Positions 47,785-62,286 of a DNA stretch of 64,000 nt are shown piece after piece. A model generated the notes under the pieces. That model saw only the letters and a program-made list of their open reading frames with translations, ran no database searches and had not been told where the DNA came from. Made by a program: the position numbers and the translations under genes. Position 1 is the stretch's first letter; each line of letters opens with the position of its first letter. The stretch comes from Callorhinchus milii (lineage: Eukaryota). The stretch is from NCBI RefSeq assembly GCF_018977255.1, contig NW_024704746.1:20956001-21020000 (forward strand), written 5' to 3'.

Positions 47785-49929
47785 TCTCTACCAATCAACC
47801 AGTTACATTTCAGTCAATGAATGTCGGATATTGCTTCATTTTGGAGCTAAACGTTGAAGCAGTAACTTCAGCCAGTCGTAATGGGATTTCAAGTTTTGTT
47901 TTTTAGTTTTTTTTGATACTTAGTTGAGCAAAGTGTTTTCCAAGACATTATTGTTAAAGCTCCAGAGAGTTTCTGCCCAAGGGCAGCTCATAGACACAAC
48001 ATGGCAGAAAATATATAGCACTGATCAACACAGTGCAGTCCATGAACTTTCCTGCTGCTTAGTGCTTGAAGTTCATGTTTATGATATGTATACATGACTT
48101 GGGGTCTTATATCTCCCTCACAGAGATATTCTCCCCCCTCCCCACACACTCACACTTTTATTAGTGTGCTAAATACAACAAGGTTCTATTCATGCCTATG
48201 CAGATCTATTTTATTCATTTTCTTTTGTTTAAATTTAACTTGTCAGGAACAGAAGGAACAGATTAGGCAACTTTAGGAAAACTCGTGAGGATAATAAACT
48301 TTTTTCCCCTCTCTGTCAGGCATAAGAAAAGCCAGATGAAAAGCAGGCATGTTTTACTTTATGCCGTAACCCCAAACTATTGTACCAGAGTGACCCTTTC
48401 ATTTCCAATAGCAGCTATCCTTGAAGATTTTCTGCATAATAATAATAATCCTTCCATTTGATATAGCGCCTTATCACGTTTTCATACGTCTCAAAACGCT
48501 TCACAGAATATACTGTAAACTGAATTAACTGTATATTTTGTGAGCGAATTTTGCAAAACTATATGCAAACCAAACTTGGCTAATGTCTTGTGTGATGGGG
48601 AGACAACATTTAAACAGTTCCAGGGAGCAGTGTGCAGCACAGAGAGGTACAGGAGGTGAAATTGAGAAATAAATGACTAGTAAAACGCTAACCTCCAAGT
48701 ATCTGCTTTACACAGAATAAAATATTCAAGTCACAACCACCATTACTCACTTCCTTCCACCTGTGACACTTATGGGACCATCTTACTTTGCATAAATCGC
48801 TCGCCTCTTGACACGTTTCCTCTGCTCAAAATCGATTCAGAGGAGGGAGTCAGTGGTTTGGAATTTTTGTTCTTTTTTCAATTAAGGATTTATATAAGAA
48901 TGCCAATGCAAATCCCGCTGGCCTCATTGTGATGTTAAACAGCCGAGGAAAGTTCTTCCTGATTTTGTTTTCACTCTGCTTCATTCTGCCAAAATGGTGC
49001 AAAGCCACAGTGGTTTTCAAACAGCTATTTGTTTCCATGGTAACTGAACTGTTGCCCAGAATAAAAGCTGCTTTTGCTTTTCTTGACAGTTGCACCAATA
49101 CAGTTATCAACGCTTCTGCGCTGTCCCTATGAGCACAATTGACTCTTACTTCCTATTGCACCAGTACTTACAGTAGATTTTCACTCAAGGCAAGTCAAGT
49201 TCCAGGAAATGGGGTAAAATAAACTGTTTAAACTGACCAGTCATTGACTGTGGGGGTGGGGGGGGGGGGGGGGGGGGATGGGAAAGCTCACTGTCCATTC
49301 AATAAGGAGAGGTTTGACCGTCAGAACCTCTTTAAAGAGGGAGAAATAGGTGGGAGGTTAAAATATAGCCTGGACTGATCTGATGGAAGTCAGATGGCTC
49401 ACAGTCAGGTCCCTTCTGAGTTGTTCCAACTAAATGCTTGGCCAAAGGAATGACTTAGTTTGTGTTTAAGACACATTGTTGGCAGCAGCAACCCTTCTCT
49501 TCCCCCTTAAGCCCCGAGGGTCCTTTAACTTATCACTGGTACCAACTTTCAACAACTGCTAATGTTTTAACTAAATATCTGATTGGTCTAAAAGCCCCTC
49601 TCCATCTAGCTTCGGTCAATTGAGCAAATACCCTATTCTGCTTTAAGATATGAGTGGTGCAATTATAGTCTCCATGGAACACAACGATTCTAAATTAATT
49701 GCATTTCTCATACGCAACAATGCATCTCAGAGTCCTGTCTCCCTCATGTATATTCCAGATAAATATGAGAATATTACTTTACATGCTTAATGAAGGTGCT
49801 AATTATGTTTAGATGACAGACACTAAATAATTGCGACAACAGGAGGGCAGCAGGGATTACAACAAATTCCCAATTATCTGAGGGTGTGCACCTCTGTCTT
49901 GTTAAGATTGCAAGATATGTTTGATGAAG

Positions 49930-50255
49930 AAGGCCCTTCATCTTATTTGATTTTATCCTTCCAGAATACACCATCTACCGTCTTTCCACCACAGCATGAA
50001 GCCGTTTTTCAAATGAGTCTTGCGTTCTGACCTGAGTCACCCTTGCTGGTAACTTGTTCCAGTTGTTAATTAGCTTCTGAAAAAAAAATCCCTGTGACTG
50101 TCCTGAAATTCTTTTTTGCGATTCTAAACCTGTGTCCTCAGTGCACCTAAAGTACTTTCACAATCTCATTTCCAATGTTATATACTGTACCTCTATTAGG
50201 TTCCCACTGAGTTTTCTCATTTCCAGATTAAAGAGCCCTAGCTCTTTAATCTGGG
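49930..50255 (-). mobile_element. Degenerate CR1 LINE fragment
   Basis: Reverse complement of a CR1 ORF2 C-terminal region (GGTAACTTGTTCCAG...ACCTCTATTAGGTTCCC...AGAGCCCTAGCTC). Confidence 0.5.
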
Positions 50256-52354
50256 GGCTAGCTAGCAACTGACTACAAATAACATATCTGGAAACACTGC
50301 TGGGACAACTGCTATCTTTTGCATTTAGTCTATTCGGAACGACTTAATAACGCCTTTGCTACTGCACGTTCAGAATTGATTTCAGATTCCACATATTTTC
50401 TCTTTGCTGCAACATCTGTCTGCAATCATTGCCAAATATTTTGAAGTCAATTCAGAGAAAAATAGAGAATCCACAGAGATATCTTCACTATCCTATTTAC
50501 GTTGATTAAAATAAGCTGCCTGTACTGTTCCTGTGCAGAAACTCTGACTTATCAGAGCTTTACATTCCAGTTGGCAGTTTGTTTATAGTTTTCTGAATAG
50601 TTCTGAATCCCTCTGTCAGCAACCGTGATCATAATTCATAAACCATGAGAGTGAACTTGGAGTGGCTAATGAACAACAACAGAACTTTGAGACTGAATTA
50701 CAGCTTGAATCTTGCTGCCATGTAGTATTTGTTATTGCTTATCAATGAATCTTTTCAAAAAAATGTTTACGTTCTGAGACTTCTGTGTGAGGTGGGCTAC
50801 ATGTCGTTTGATTCTTTTCCACAGGGAAAGGTAATAAAAGCTACGAATAACACAAGACTTGAGTTCCCACCCAAATGTCATTCAACCTATCAAGCCTTTG
50901 ATGTGCAATGCACACTTTCATAATAATAATAATATTAATCCTTGCATTTGGTCCAGCACTTTACACAACAACGATTCATCTTGAAGTGCTTCACGGGATT
51001 TTTCTGTAAAGTGTAGTGATTGTATTTGTAGGAGAACATTCATGAATTCCACCCATCAATGTCTGCACAAATGCTCTTTCATCTCTTAAACTAATCAAGT
51101 AAAACTACAGAATATGTATCCATCTGCTCAAGTCTAGTATTGAATTTTTGAATATTTGGCAATAATTGTAGACAGATGTTGCAGCAAAGAGCAAATATGT
51201 GGAATTTTCACGTCCTCCCAATGTGAAAGGCACTATACAAATATAATCTTGTTGTTGAATCTTGAGCAGCTTAGCTCCCTATGCAACAACCCTCTACATC
51301 TTTGCAGCACATTATGTGTTAACCTCCTTCAAGACCCAGCTCAAGACTCTCCTCTTTGACTATGCCTTCGATTAGCCTCCTTCCTCCCCCATCCTGACCC
51401 CCAGCTCGGGTCCGAAACACTGACTGTCCAGCATCTTGGGATGTCCTCCTGACATGAAAGGAGCTATACAAATGTAATTTTGCTGCTGTTGCTGCTGTAA
51501 CTTGCACAAGGGTCAAGTCTAGTCTAGCAAGCAGATGATGACCTAAAGGGCAGAGAAGTTAAGTGGGTCACATTATAGTTCTTAACATAATTCAGGAAAT
51601 CTTTGATTAAAAGTAAACAAGGAAGTATGTACAAAATATTTCCCAAAGAGTAAAGGAATTCTATGCACACAAATCTCTGCTGAATATGTATGAAAGCTTA
51701 TGGTTGAAAATCAATGTGTTATAGCTGTGTCTGGTTATAGTGCAACAGCTGCGCAAGTAAATCAATCTGTTTGAAGGGGAGAGTCCAGCAAAAGCCAGAA
51801 AGCACGTATCTGAGCACGGGTTTACATTAAAAGTTAGCAATGCTGTTTAATACAAAATAAAATTCTGTGCTAGAAATAGCTTCTTTTTGAGTAATGTGAT
51901 TCATTTTGAACTAAATCGCTTGAGTCACGTCAAACAATAATATCATAAATTCCTTGTCCTTCAGTTTACACATACATAATAAAAAAACTTGTCAGGCCAG
52001 CTCATTTTCATTATTAACCTCCAAAGCATACTCAGAATTAGATTTTTTAAAATTTATTTCCACTTTAGGGTTGATGTAATAGGAAATCTAATATTAGTCT
52101 TTTGCTGTCAATCCCATTCTAAATGGAGGGTTATTATTGGTTGATGAATACCACTTAATTTAGCATTTTACATAATTCCTGGAGTTTTGGAATAAACTTC
52201 CTCTCTGTTACAGAAAACCCGGCACATTAAAGGCAGAACTAACTGAGCTATTTGAAGGCCTGGAATACAATCAATACTTCTTAGGCAAGAAAAATCTTCT
52301 CTACATTGAATTCCATTTTAAGGAAATAAAAACCTCTTCTTTCTAACTGGGGAG

Positions 52355-55300
52355 ATGGCCCTTTGCCTGAAGCAAGTCTTTAATAAAGACAGGACTTTTC
52401 GTCCCAGGAAGAAATTTGAGCCTGGGACCCAGCGCTTTGAGCTGTACAAGAAAGCCCAGGCCTCACTTAAATCTGGTGTTGATCTCAAGACTGTAGTTCA
52501 GCTTCCTGTGGGAGAGAACCTCAACGATTGGATTGCAGTCAACACAGTGGACTTCTTCAACCGCATTAACCTCATCTATGGTACCATTTGCGAGTACTGC
52601 ACTGAAAGGAGCTGCCCAGTAATGACAGGTGGCCTCAAATATGAGTACCGATGGCAGGATGAGCACAAGTATAAGAAGCCAACTAAAGTGACCGCACCGC
52701 AGTATATGAATTTACTGATGGATTGGATCGAGACCTTGATCAATAATGAGGAGAACTTCCCAACCAGAGTCGGTAAGTTTCCTGATGTAAAATGTTCATC
52801 TCACGATGAGATCAAAAAAGACTGCCGGAGTTTGCTGTTGGTGGATAACTAATAATAATTAAACTGAAAATTAAAAGAAAAGATGTAGGTTGAAGCATTA
52901 CTACACTATTCCCCCACGCAGCTATTTTGAATTGTGCTTGAATTGAATAATATTTTAGCTTCTTCCTTCCCACCACCTACAGGCTGGTTTCCTCTACCAA
53001 CATTTCTCAGAGTATTCAGTTTCTTGTTTCTCTTCCATTGCTGACCATACTGTTTTCACTTTGTTCTGAATACCATAATGATGTTCTGTTGTTTGCGATC
53101 ATGAGTGCATAGCATTGCTTCAACAATTTGATTTAACTCTCCTGTATCTAACACTGACAATGGGACCATTTTCTGTAAATGACCATGCTGTGGTTTGAAC
53201 CCAAATAGTACAGAGATCTCTTTCATTGCTCTGTAGGTTAACCTTAAGCAAATCAGACCAAGTGAAGGTTACGAATGTTAGAAATGTCATAGCCCCTTGC
53301 AATTCTCCTTTGCTCTGATATTTTGCTCAGTCTTGTGAAGCAGTTATTCTTGCAAAATATCGGTTGCCATAGTGCGATGCATTATTCCAAGCAATGTGAA
53401 TTGATTGTTGTAAGAAAGGAGATGTGCTCTTAATTACTTTAACCTACCCTATTTCCTAGATATAACAACTTGCATTTATATAACGCAGGGAAGTCTCTGT
53501 GTCTTGAGTGCTGAACCCTTAATGTAGAGTTGTATCTTGGAACACTATTTGTTTATTTATTCATGGGTATTCAGTTCTTTAACCTTGGGAGATTTGGGTT
53601 TAAATCCAGGGCACATAGAAAAGTAATAACAGTCTGCACATTATGTCAGTATATCTGCGATTTCAACATTTACTCATAATATCTTATCTGCCTGCTGCCT
53701 GCCTGGATCAGTGCACAGAAGCCAACCCAATAACACTGCTGATCGTCACATTGGTAGGCCGGTTATGAAATTTAATTTACTTCTGATGTAAAGTGTTTGA
53801 TTTAATCGTTAAGACCTTAAAAGTCTGCAAGTTGAACATTTCTCCCAATGCGGAAGAGACCCGGACGCTCACTGCTGCTGTTGTGCCGTGCCTTGCCTGT
53901 AGATGACACTGTGTCAATGACTTGGTTTCTGAGCAAAATGTGCAATCAGACATATTGCTACAAAAAAATGTTTTGTACCAATATGTCTGAAAGCTCCTGA
54001 ACATGGGTGAAGATGCATTGTTCCACTTTGTTGATGTTCAGAGAGACACTGTCTAATTGACGTGAAGGGATACCAGCTAAGTAATTGTCGTTTGATGATA
54101 TTGGGCAAAGTTGTGATATCACGCAAATAATAATAATCCTTGCATTTGCCATAGCACCTTATCACGTTGTTGAGACGTCTCAAAGCACTTCACGGGATAT
54201 AACGTAAAGTGGATTGGCTGTGTATTTTGTGGGCAAAACTCGGCAGCCAGTTGCAAGTGATGCTATGGTATTTTCAACACAGATTATTATTGTCATGTGA
54301 TTTTTGAACAAATACAGAAGAAAGATTTGCCAATGAACACCATTGTGCCTCTTTTAATAATAATAATCCTCGCATTTGATATAGCGCTTTTCACGTCGGG
54401 AGGACGTCCCAAAGCGCTTCACAGAACACACTGTAAAATGAATTGACTGTATATTTGTGGGCGAACGCGGCAGCCAATTGCACACAGCAATGTCCCACAA
54501 ACAGTCGTAGATTGAAAATGACCAACTTTTTTTTTTTTTGGAGGGATTATTATTAGGCTCTGTGTGGAGTAAGGAAACTTGCCCAAGGTTTCGCCCTCTG
54601 CCTGGAATTGAACTCAGGTCTCTCGCTTGCAAAGCGAGTGCTCTAACCACTGAGCTGCAGGACTCCACTTTTGTGTAGGTTGAAGGGCTGGGGATGCAAA
54701 TTCCTAGACTAGGCAAACGCAAAACAAGAGAGGAAAGTCATCATGTTATTTTTTTATTTTCCGTCTTCCCTGTAAGGAAACACCTGGATCCTGCTTTGTC
54801 GCCTCCTTTTGATCACCAGCTGAAATCGTGGGAAAATTTGTATTCGTAGGGTGGCCCTGATGCATTTATTCTGGATGCATGAAGGAAGAAGTGCTGTGTT
54901 TGAACCTGAAGGGAATATGGAAAAAATATTAATACAAACTTGTATCATTTCTACATTGTTAGCATGACAAGGTCCTAATAGATTTATCCCTGAAAGCAAT
55001 TGACACATTCTTCTGGAGATCCAAACTCTCTTATATTCTATGGCAAAGAGTTGACAGCTGTGACTCACCAGTAACAAAGCCACAGATAAGCATTCAAGAC
55101 ATGATAGACAAGCAGTTGGACCCTTGAATGATACTACTCACTCACACTCTCATCCACCAGTTCAATTAATTTAAATTCTTAGCTCAACTGGAAATATCAG
55201 CGGGTAGTAGATTCCCACAATTAATGTATGCACCCCACCCCCCCCCCCCCCCACCCCCCAACTGTGGATCACTGGAAACCTAGGAGGTAATTAAATACAT

Positions 55301-58300
55301 TTAAAATATTATTTTTAGTAAAAAAAATTAAATATTTGAAATAACCTTTCCCTCCTACCTCTTTCTCGCTTTAGCCACTCTCAAGGCTCTCGTTGAGCTT
55401 ATTGGTTCAATGGTATATCACCCCAGGCTTTTAACATGGGCTTCAGTGAAACATGGCCTGTTGTGAAAGAATTTGGGGTCAGCAGAGAAATCTACTGCAA
55501 TTTGCAGCAGTATAAAATTTACCAAAGCAAAATCACAGCCATCCCTTTCCATTACACATTGAATGATAGCTCTGTGCTGCTTTGTTTCAAATTTGGTCGG
55601 TCCAGCCAATTACTTTCTTTTTGGTTAAGCTTAATACATGAGTATGTGCAGACTGTACTCTGTATCCTCCATCTTAAAGGGAGTCTGATATTTATACAAA
55701 CAAACCTATTGTTAACTCAGCATTAACGTACAGTCATGCAGGAGTGAGCATTCGCTTATTTGTCAAATAGGAATGGACTGGAGATTGTCTCCATATTATT
55801 TGCGGATCACAGAAGCAGAATGGTTGAAACTGCAGAACTGCCACCTGCTTACAATAGCCAGTTAATGATCGCCCTCCGCCGCCTGCCAGTTGTGATTTAC
55901 CAGCTAACTCCCACATAGTGATGTTGACGTTAGTGACAACAGGCGCCAACAATATATATTTAACAATAGGTTTAAATTTATTTCACCTAAAGCCATAAAC
56001 AAAATCATTTTCATTCAGATGATTTTCATCAAATTAGTTTATCCATCCTTCATCCTGCCCCCGGCGGGGTCCCCTGTAATTGGCTCCTTGTTAAGAAATT
56101 GGAAAGAGGTGTTGTTTAACACTGCAAGGCATGTTTGCAATTGTTTCAAATTTGCAACAGTTTGCTTTATAAATGAGTGTAGGTTTGGGCAGTTTTTCTG
56201 TATTTTACGAAATAACTCCTGCACTGTTGAAGCTGAGTCCATGACGGAATTAAAGAAGGGAATTGAACAAAACAAATCCAGAGAAATAGCAGGTGAATAG
56301 GATTATGGCACACAGGTCCTGTGAGGATGCGAGCACCACAGTTTCCTCTCAGTAATGTTGCTGTCAGCTGTGTTTAGAAACTGTCGAAATCACTGGTGTA
56401 AGTCTGATAATTAGCATAAATCTACATCCTTAAAAGTCTTCTTCCCAAGAAGAGCTAAAAGGGCCTATTTATTTCTTCCTGTAATTTGTTTTCTAAAATT
56501 CATTGTTAGCTTATCTATCACAAAAGGACTTTTTCCACAACAGAGCGTCATCAGAGACTAATAGCAGTACAAAGCCCAGATTATTTTACTATTGCAACAT
56601 AAATGCAAGTTGTTGATGTTGGTATAAAGCAGTGTTGATACTAACTCTATATAAAAAGAAAATGCCTCTATTTTGCCACTTCATTCTTTCCTTTTTCCTA
56701 GGTGTTCCCTTCCCTAAGAATTTTCAGCAGCTGTGTAAGAAGATTCTGACCAGGCTTTTCCGAGTCTTTGTTCACGTTTATATTCATCATTTTGACCGGC
56801 TTACCACCATGGGAGCCGAGGCTCATGTGAACACCTGCTACAAGCACTTCTACTATTTTGTGACTGAGTTTGATCTGATTAACGAACGGGAGTTGGAGCC
56901 ACTGGTATGTACCTTTGTCTGCTTGTCGATCTGCCTATTGATCTCTTGTTCGTCGTAATCTCCAGTAGGTTAACCTTTGTCAGTGGGGTGGAAACGATGT
57001 TATGAGATTTTTTTTAAACCAGTGAGTATGGAAGTAACAAATCAACTTATCAAGATCAGATGTTAGTTTTGTTGCTAACTTTCATCTAACTTCCATTATT
57101 TTTAAATAATGCTGCAACCCAATTCTGACCATCCCTTATCCATGCAATAACTACAGTACAAACACATCTTGTACCTTAACTAACCTTAATCATCTCTCTC
57201 TTATCTTTCAACACTATTCTGCTGAATTCTTTGTTTACCAATTCCTAACTTGCCCCCAAACCTTTTTCCTCCTCTGCTCTTGATTCATGTTCCATCTATT
57301 TTTGCTTTGCTGATTATTTTATTGATAATATGTGGGCAGCAATTCAGTGGAATATAGAGTCAGGATTCAATCCAGCATTCTAATGTCCAAATGAATTGGA
57401 TTATATAGAGAGGTAAGAATTTGTTCCAATACAGACAGAAAAGTCCCTGCGGTTAGAATACCGTCTTCTGAACAGTTCAAGCAGTCCTTTCAATGTCTGG
57501 AGTTTGCTGCATCCTTGTTGGGGTGGACGGAGGGAATTATTGCACATAATTACACAGCAATTACTGATACTGCAAATAATGTCAGAGATGCTAGTGGTGC
57601 CAGGTGCCTATAAAAAACTGAATAGAAAGATGATGCACACTGCATGGTTGGTTGCATTATCTATTCAATTTATAATGTAATTATAATAATAATATAATAT
57701 CATTCATTTGAACAGTTTATGCAAACAAAAGTACTCTCAATGTCTCCCATTCTCACTACAGCTGTTATCTCTCTTCTGCTTTCAACATTCCTGGTTTCTT
57801 CTCGTGTTTTCACTGACTCTCTCTGGTCCCTAGTATTCTCCTATTTACTCTCAAAATTGCATTTCTTTGAACAATTACTGCCTCCGCCTTATGTCTTGCA
57901 GTTCTGGGAATACAGGAGGGATCTTTCATCAATTTGGAAATGTCCAAACCATGATAATTGCTGCAGTAATTTCAAAAAACTTCCCTTTCCCCCTCTTAAT
58001 TGTACAACTATGTTCAAGCACCAATTTTTATTTTTCCAGAAAATAAACTCTTACCAGCAATGGATCCTTAAAATGACATTTGGTACCAATATCATTGACC
58101 CAGCAGTGTGCTTATGTTTTCTTTTTAAACAGTTAACAAATTGTCTTTCATTGATTTTTTTTCAATGTGGGTTGTTATCTGACCACTGGGATCAAATTAG
58201 AATTGGCTTGTGGCTATTCGAACAGGCCTACTTCAGAGCACAGAAGTAGATGTTGAACTTTCTCGTAAATATCAGCGTTGCTATAGATTCTGATGCTTCC

Positions 58301-59347
58301 AGTAGTTCATTAGCATGGAAAGTTTTAAGAAATGACATACCAAGGGAACATCTTTACACGTCTAATGTTCCAAAAATTTACATTATGTACTCATTGCTGA
58401 TAGTTCAGATAGTTGGATGACTTCCGGATTCCTGAGTCTTTCAGCTATTATAATCTGTATTTGGTGCAATATTAAAGCAACAGAAGAGATCATTCATTCT
58501 TTCCCTGATTGGACAAGTGCACCCACACTGCTCAGTTCAGTCTCTCACCTCTGACTAGATTAAATAATTGGGAATTGTTTTGTTTGTCAAATTTTAGAGG
58601 AACAGTGTTGCCAAATGCAAATTAAAATCTAGGAATAAATCCTGCAATTCTTTTTGTTGCTGGTTAATTAGATAATTGATGTCGCCTATAAACATTTGAA
58701 CATGGTTAGAGAGTATTATTAGCCCAGCCCACATTTAAGACCCCATTGTGGGTCATATGTTTACATTGTGGGTTATGTAAATTGAACTACAATATATGGT
58801 ACAGTTGACATATCTTATCCCATACAAATATTCAAGGTATATAAATACATGTATAATGTACCAAATCACTTCCCAACCACTTATATTGGGGAAAATTGTG
58901 CTGGACCGGGCCACTTTTCACTTATTCCCACCGTATAGAGTTTCTGATGAAAATTAATTAAATGTAACATAATTAATATAATATGATACCCAAATATAAT
59001 GTGCCAAATTTAATTATAAACTTGCATTTCTATCACTGTTAACCACTTGAACTTCTTCAACATTTTCCGCTTGTTGTCTGAAGCAATCCTTTATACTCCA
59101 GGGACATCTGAGCAGAGTTCCCATTGATCAGCATCATCTGGTCAACAGTCGAAATTTTTATTTGTGATTTCTTGTTAGGAATATGAGTAGTGTTTACATA
59201 CACCTTTATGGTGAACAGATATGTTGAGTTAAGACATTATAATCCAATTCTACATTTTTCCACTTCTCTGTGGCTACCAAGAAAATGCTTAATTCTATAT
59301 TTCTTTGTTTAAAACAGAAATTGATGACAGAGAAGATCTGCTACTGA
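52355..59347 (+). CDS. MOB3C: MOB kinase activator 3C (3 coding exons, 216 aa)
   Basis: Exons 52355-52772, 56702-56904, 59318-59347. [41 protein letters not shown]; [15 protein letters not shown]; [16 protein letters not shown]; ends KLMTEKICY. The MALCLKQVF start and position next to ATPAF1 favour the 3C paralogue. Confidence 0.93.
54355..54666 (-). mobile_element. Full-length young tRNA-derived SINE in a MOB3C intron
   Basis: Same family, reverse orientation. Confidence 0.92.
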
Positions 59348-60069
59348 TACCAACGTGCTAGAGTCGAACTGTACCTCTCCAATGTGAAATAAAACCCAAC
59401 AACTGAGCCATTCGCTGTCTGATGTGAAAAAAGTACAGTCACAAGAGTTATGTCATCCGGTTCCCTGCAAACCCAGAGAAAATGTCAGTATTGAAATATT
59501 AATCAACAGAATGTTTAATATTAAAGTTCGCTGGTGGGTACATCTTCCTAAATGCATCTGTTAACCACCCTTCCCAGACTGCCACGTCTGTTCCTTATTC
59601 TAAGCCACAGAAAACTATACCACCCAGCTCTAGATTGTCAGGAACTTATCAGACAGGTTAGAAAAAACTGATAGAATATTCTGCCTGAATTAATCCTTTC
59701 CTATCAAATCCTCTCAATCAATATAATGATGCATTGTTAATTAATCATCTATTACGGTCTGGTCTTAATTTATCTTTGGACAAATTATTTACATGCACTA
59801 GGCATACAGTAACAGATAAAGGGAACAGTTCACTCATGTTTGACAAATCACTTGCTGACATTGAAAAGTTTGCCTAAACATATAGAGTCATTCCACTTCA
59901 CTGTAAAACCCTATGAAGCCATTTGCGACATCCTCCTAATATGAAGGATACAATACCAAATGCAAGCATTATTATACACAACCAATAAACTATTGTACAA
60001 GAATAAAAGGTTCAGTTTTACCCAGTTTCTACAGTACATTTATAAGATTTACACCGGTAGACATGTGAG

Positions 60070-60675
60070 TCACATAATATACCATGCCTTCATTACAGCC
60101 AGGCTCGACTATGCCAATGCCCTGCTTGTCGGCCTTCCCAAATCTGCACTCCACAAGCTGCAGATCACCCGGAACTCTGCAGCTCATGTCCTCGCCAACA
60201 CCAGTCTCCGTGATCCCACAATACCCACCGTTGCCCAGCTCCGCTGGCTCCCCATCCCTCAGAGGTTTCAGTTCAAAATTCTTGTCCTGACCTTCAAGGC
60301 CCTCCACGGCCATTGCCCCCTCCTAGCTCTCCGACCTGCTAACCCCTTATCAACCTGTCTGCTCCCTCCGCTCAGCAGCCTCTGGCCTTCTCCATGTCTC
60401 CCGCCCCGCCCACCATCAGCAGTCGGGCCTCTCTGCCCCACCCTCTGGAACTCCATCCTTTCACCTCGCTCCATCCTTTGCCTCCTTCAAGGAACGCCTC
60501 AAGACCCTCCTCTTCAAACGTGCCTTCGGCCACCCTCCTACCTCCACCCTCCCTGTCCTCCACCCTCATTGATCCCAACCACACCACCCCCCCCCCCCCC
60601 CCCAAACTTTGTTCCTAACCCCTAACTGTTCAGCGCATTGGGAAAGGCGGTTTATAAATGTAATTTTGTATTGTA
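60070..60675 (+). mobile_element. L2 LINE 3' fragment
   Basis: HAFITARLDYANALLVGLP and LRWLPIPQRFQFKILVLTFKALHG are typical L2 ORF2 C-terminal motifs; tail ATAAATGTAATTTTG. Confidence 0.88.
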
Positions 60676-61829
60676 TGAATTATATAGATTGAATCTGCAA
60701 TACTGAAAAGGACAATTTTGCCCAAATAATCTGTGCCAGTGTTTATACGCCACGTGAGCCTCTTCCCATACCCTGCTATTCCCTTCTCTCTCATGCATGC
60801 ATGTATGAATGTGAAATGAAGCTTTTATCTGTTGTGACCTGGTAAATGTCTGAACGTGAATTTTTACAAAATTGAAGGTAGCATTTCAGTCGGATGAGGT
60901 TAAGGTCTCTCCCTCAATTCTTCCGCCTTACGGTCACCTCTGCTCGGCTTCAGACTCCACCACTGTTAAGCGCTGCGAGATGCTAAACCCCATGTAGGGT
61001 GCTATATAAATGCAAGTTGTTGTTCAGTATATTTCTTCAATGTGCTGGCCCTAATTGGCCAAGAGATTACCCTGAAGCCATTCTTTGAAACAGCTATGAA
61101 ATTGTGTAAAGGTAGCAATATTGTATCAGAATCAAACACCCAACATATTCCAATACTTTAAATCTCATTAATATAACATCTTGTTATAATAATAATTTAT
61201 AATACTTTGTACCAAAATACTCTAAGGATTTGAGCTGTTCCTTGCAAAATTTTGAATGGTATGGGTGATTGTCTATAGCCAGACTTCTACATAAGACATA
61301 TAGGACTGATTATATACAATGATTAAAAGATTTCTGTTAATTGAAAATAATCTCTACACAGTGAAGATGCTTTAATTATCAATACAGAAAACCTATATTG
61401 TTTGTTATAGACGGACATAACTTACTTGGAGGGGCGTCGTACTTTTGATATCAATCTTTCTCAATTCTGTCCTAGGCATATTCTATACATTAAAACAAAT
61501 GCTCTTATATTCTAATTTTGTACTTTTTTAAAATCAATAAATTCTTGTTAATAACACCAAAACGTTTGATTACTTATAATGAAGGGGTAATGGGAGGGAC
61601 AAACAAATGCATGAAACAAAAAGCTTAAAAAGTATTACTGATTGTAGTGAGTGGTGCCAAAGCACATGTGCTAATCTCACAGTTGTCAGTCACAATTGAT
61701 TGGTGTGAATAAGCAGTGAGTTCTCAGAAGACTGTCATGAGTGTTATTACCATCAGTTGAGAAAGCAATGATTTTTCACACTAACTGGTGGTAATAGAAT
61801 AGAAGCTCATTGAAAACTTTGCTGCCCGC

Positions 61830-62286
61830 ATACTTAGCCGGACAAAACTCCGTACCCACATCTCACCAGTTCTGGCCAGGCTCCACTGGCATCACCGAAT
61901 GGATCGACTTTGAGATCCTCACCCTTGTGTTCAAATCTCTTCACTCTTCGGCGCCTCCCTACCTCTCCGACCTCCTCACTCCCCAATCCATCACCCAGCG
62001 CCTCCGTTCGACTGGCCTCCTGCTCGTCCCTTGCACCCTCCGCCCCTCCATTGAGGTCGCACTTTCAGCCACTACGCCCCGAAACTCTGGAACACTCTCC
62101 CTCAATCCTGCCGTTTTGCCCCCCTCCCCTTTTTCAAATCCTGCATGAAAACCTTCCTCTTCGACCGTGCTTATGGCCACCTCCTCTCCCCACTCTGGCT
62201 CGGAGTCAGGCTCTGCCACTGTTAAACACTCTGAGATGGTGGCCTGCGCGGAGGGTGCTATATAAGTGCAAGATGTTGTTGTTGTT
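61830..62286 (+). mobile_element. L2 LINE 3' fragment
   Basis: IDFEILTLVFKSLHSSAPPYLSDLL; ends GTGCTATATAAGTGCAAGATGTTGTTGTTG. Confidence 0.85.

Noticed and set aside
53570-53640. LF-SINE-like tRNA head remnants (also about 10920-10960)
   Set aside because: Too short and degenerate to support without a profile search.
57719-58249. 176-aa ORF in a MOB3C intron
   Set aside because: Leu/Phe/Ser-rich product of a pyrimidine-rich intron with no recognisable domain.
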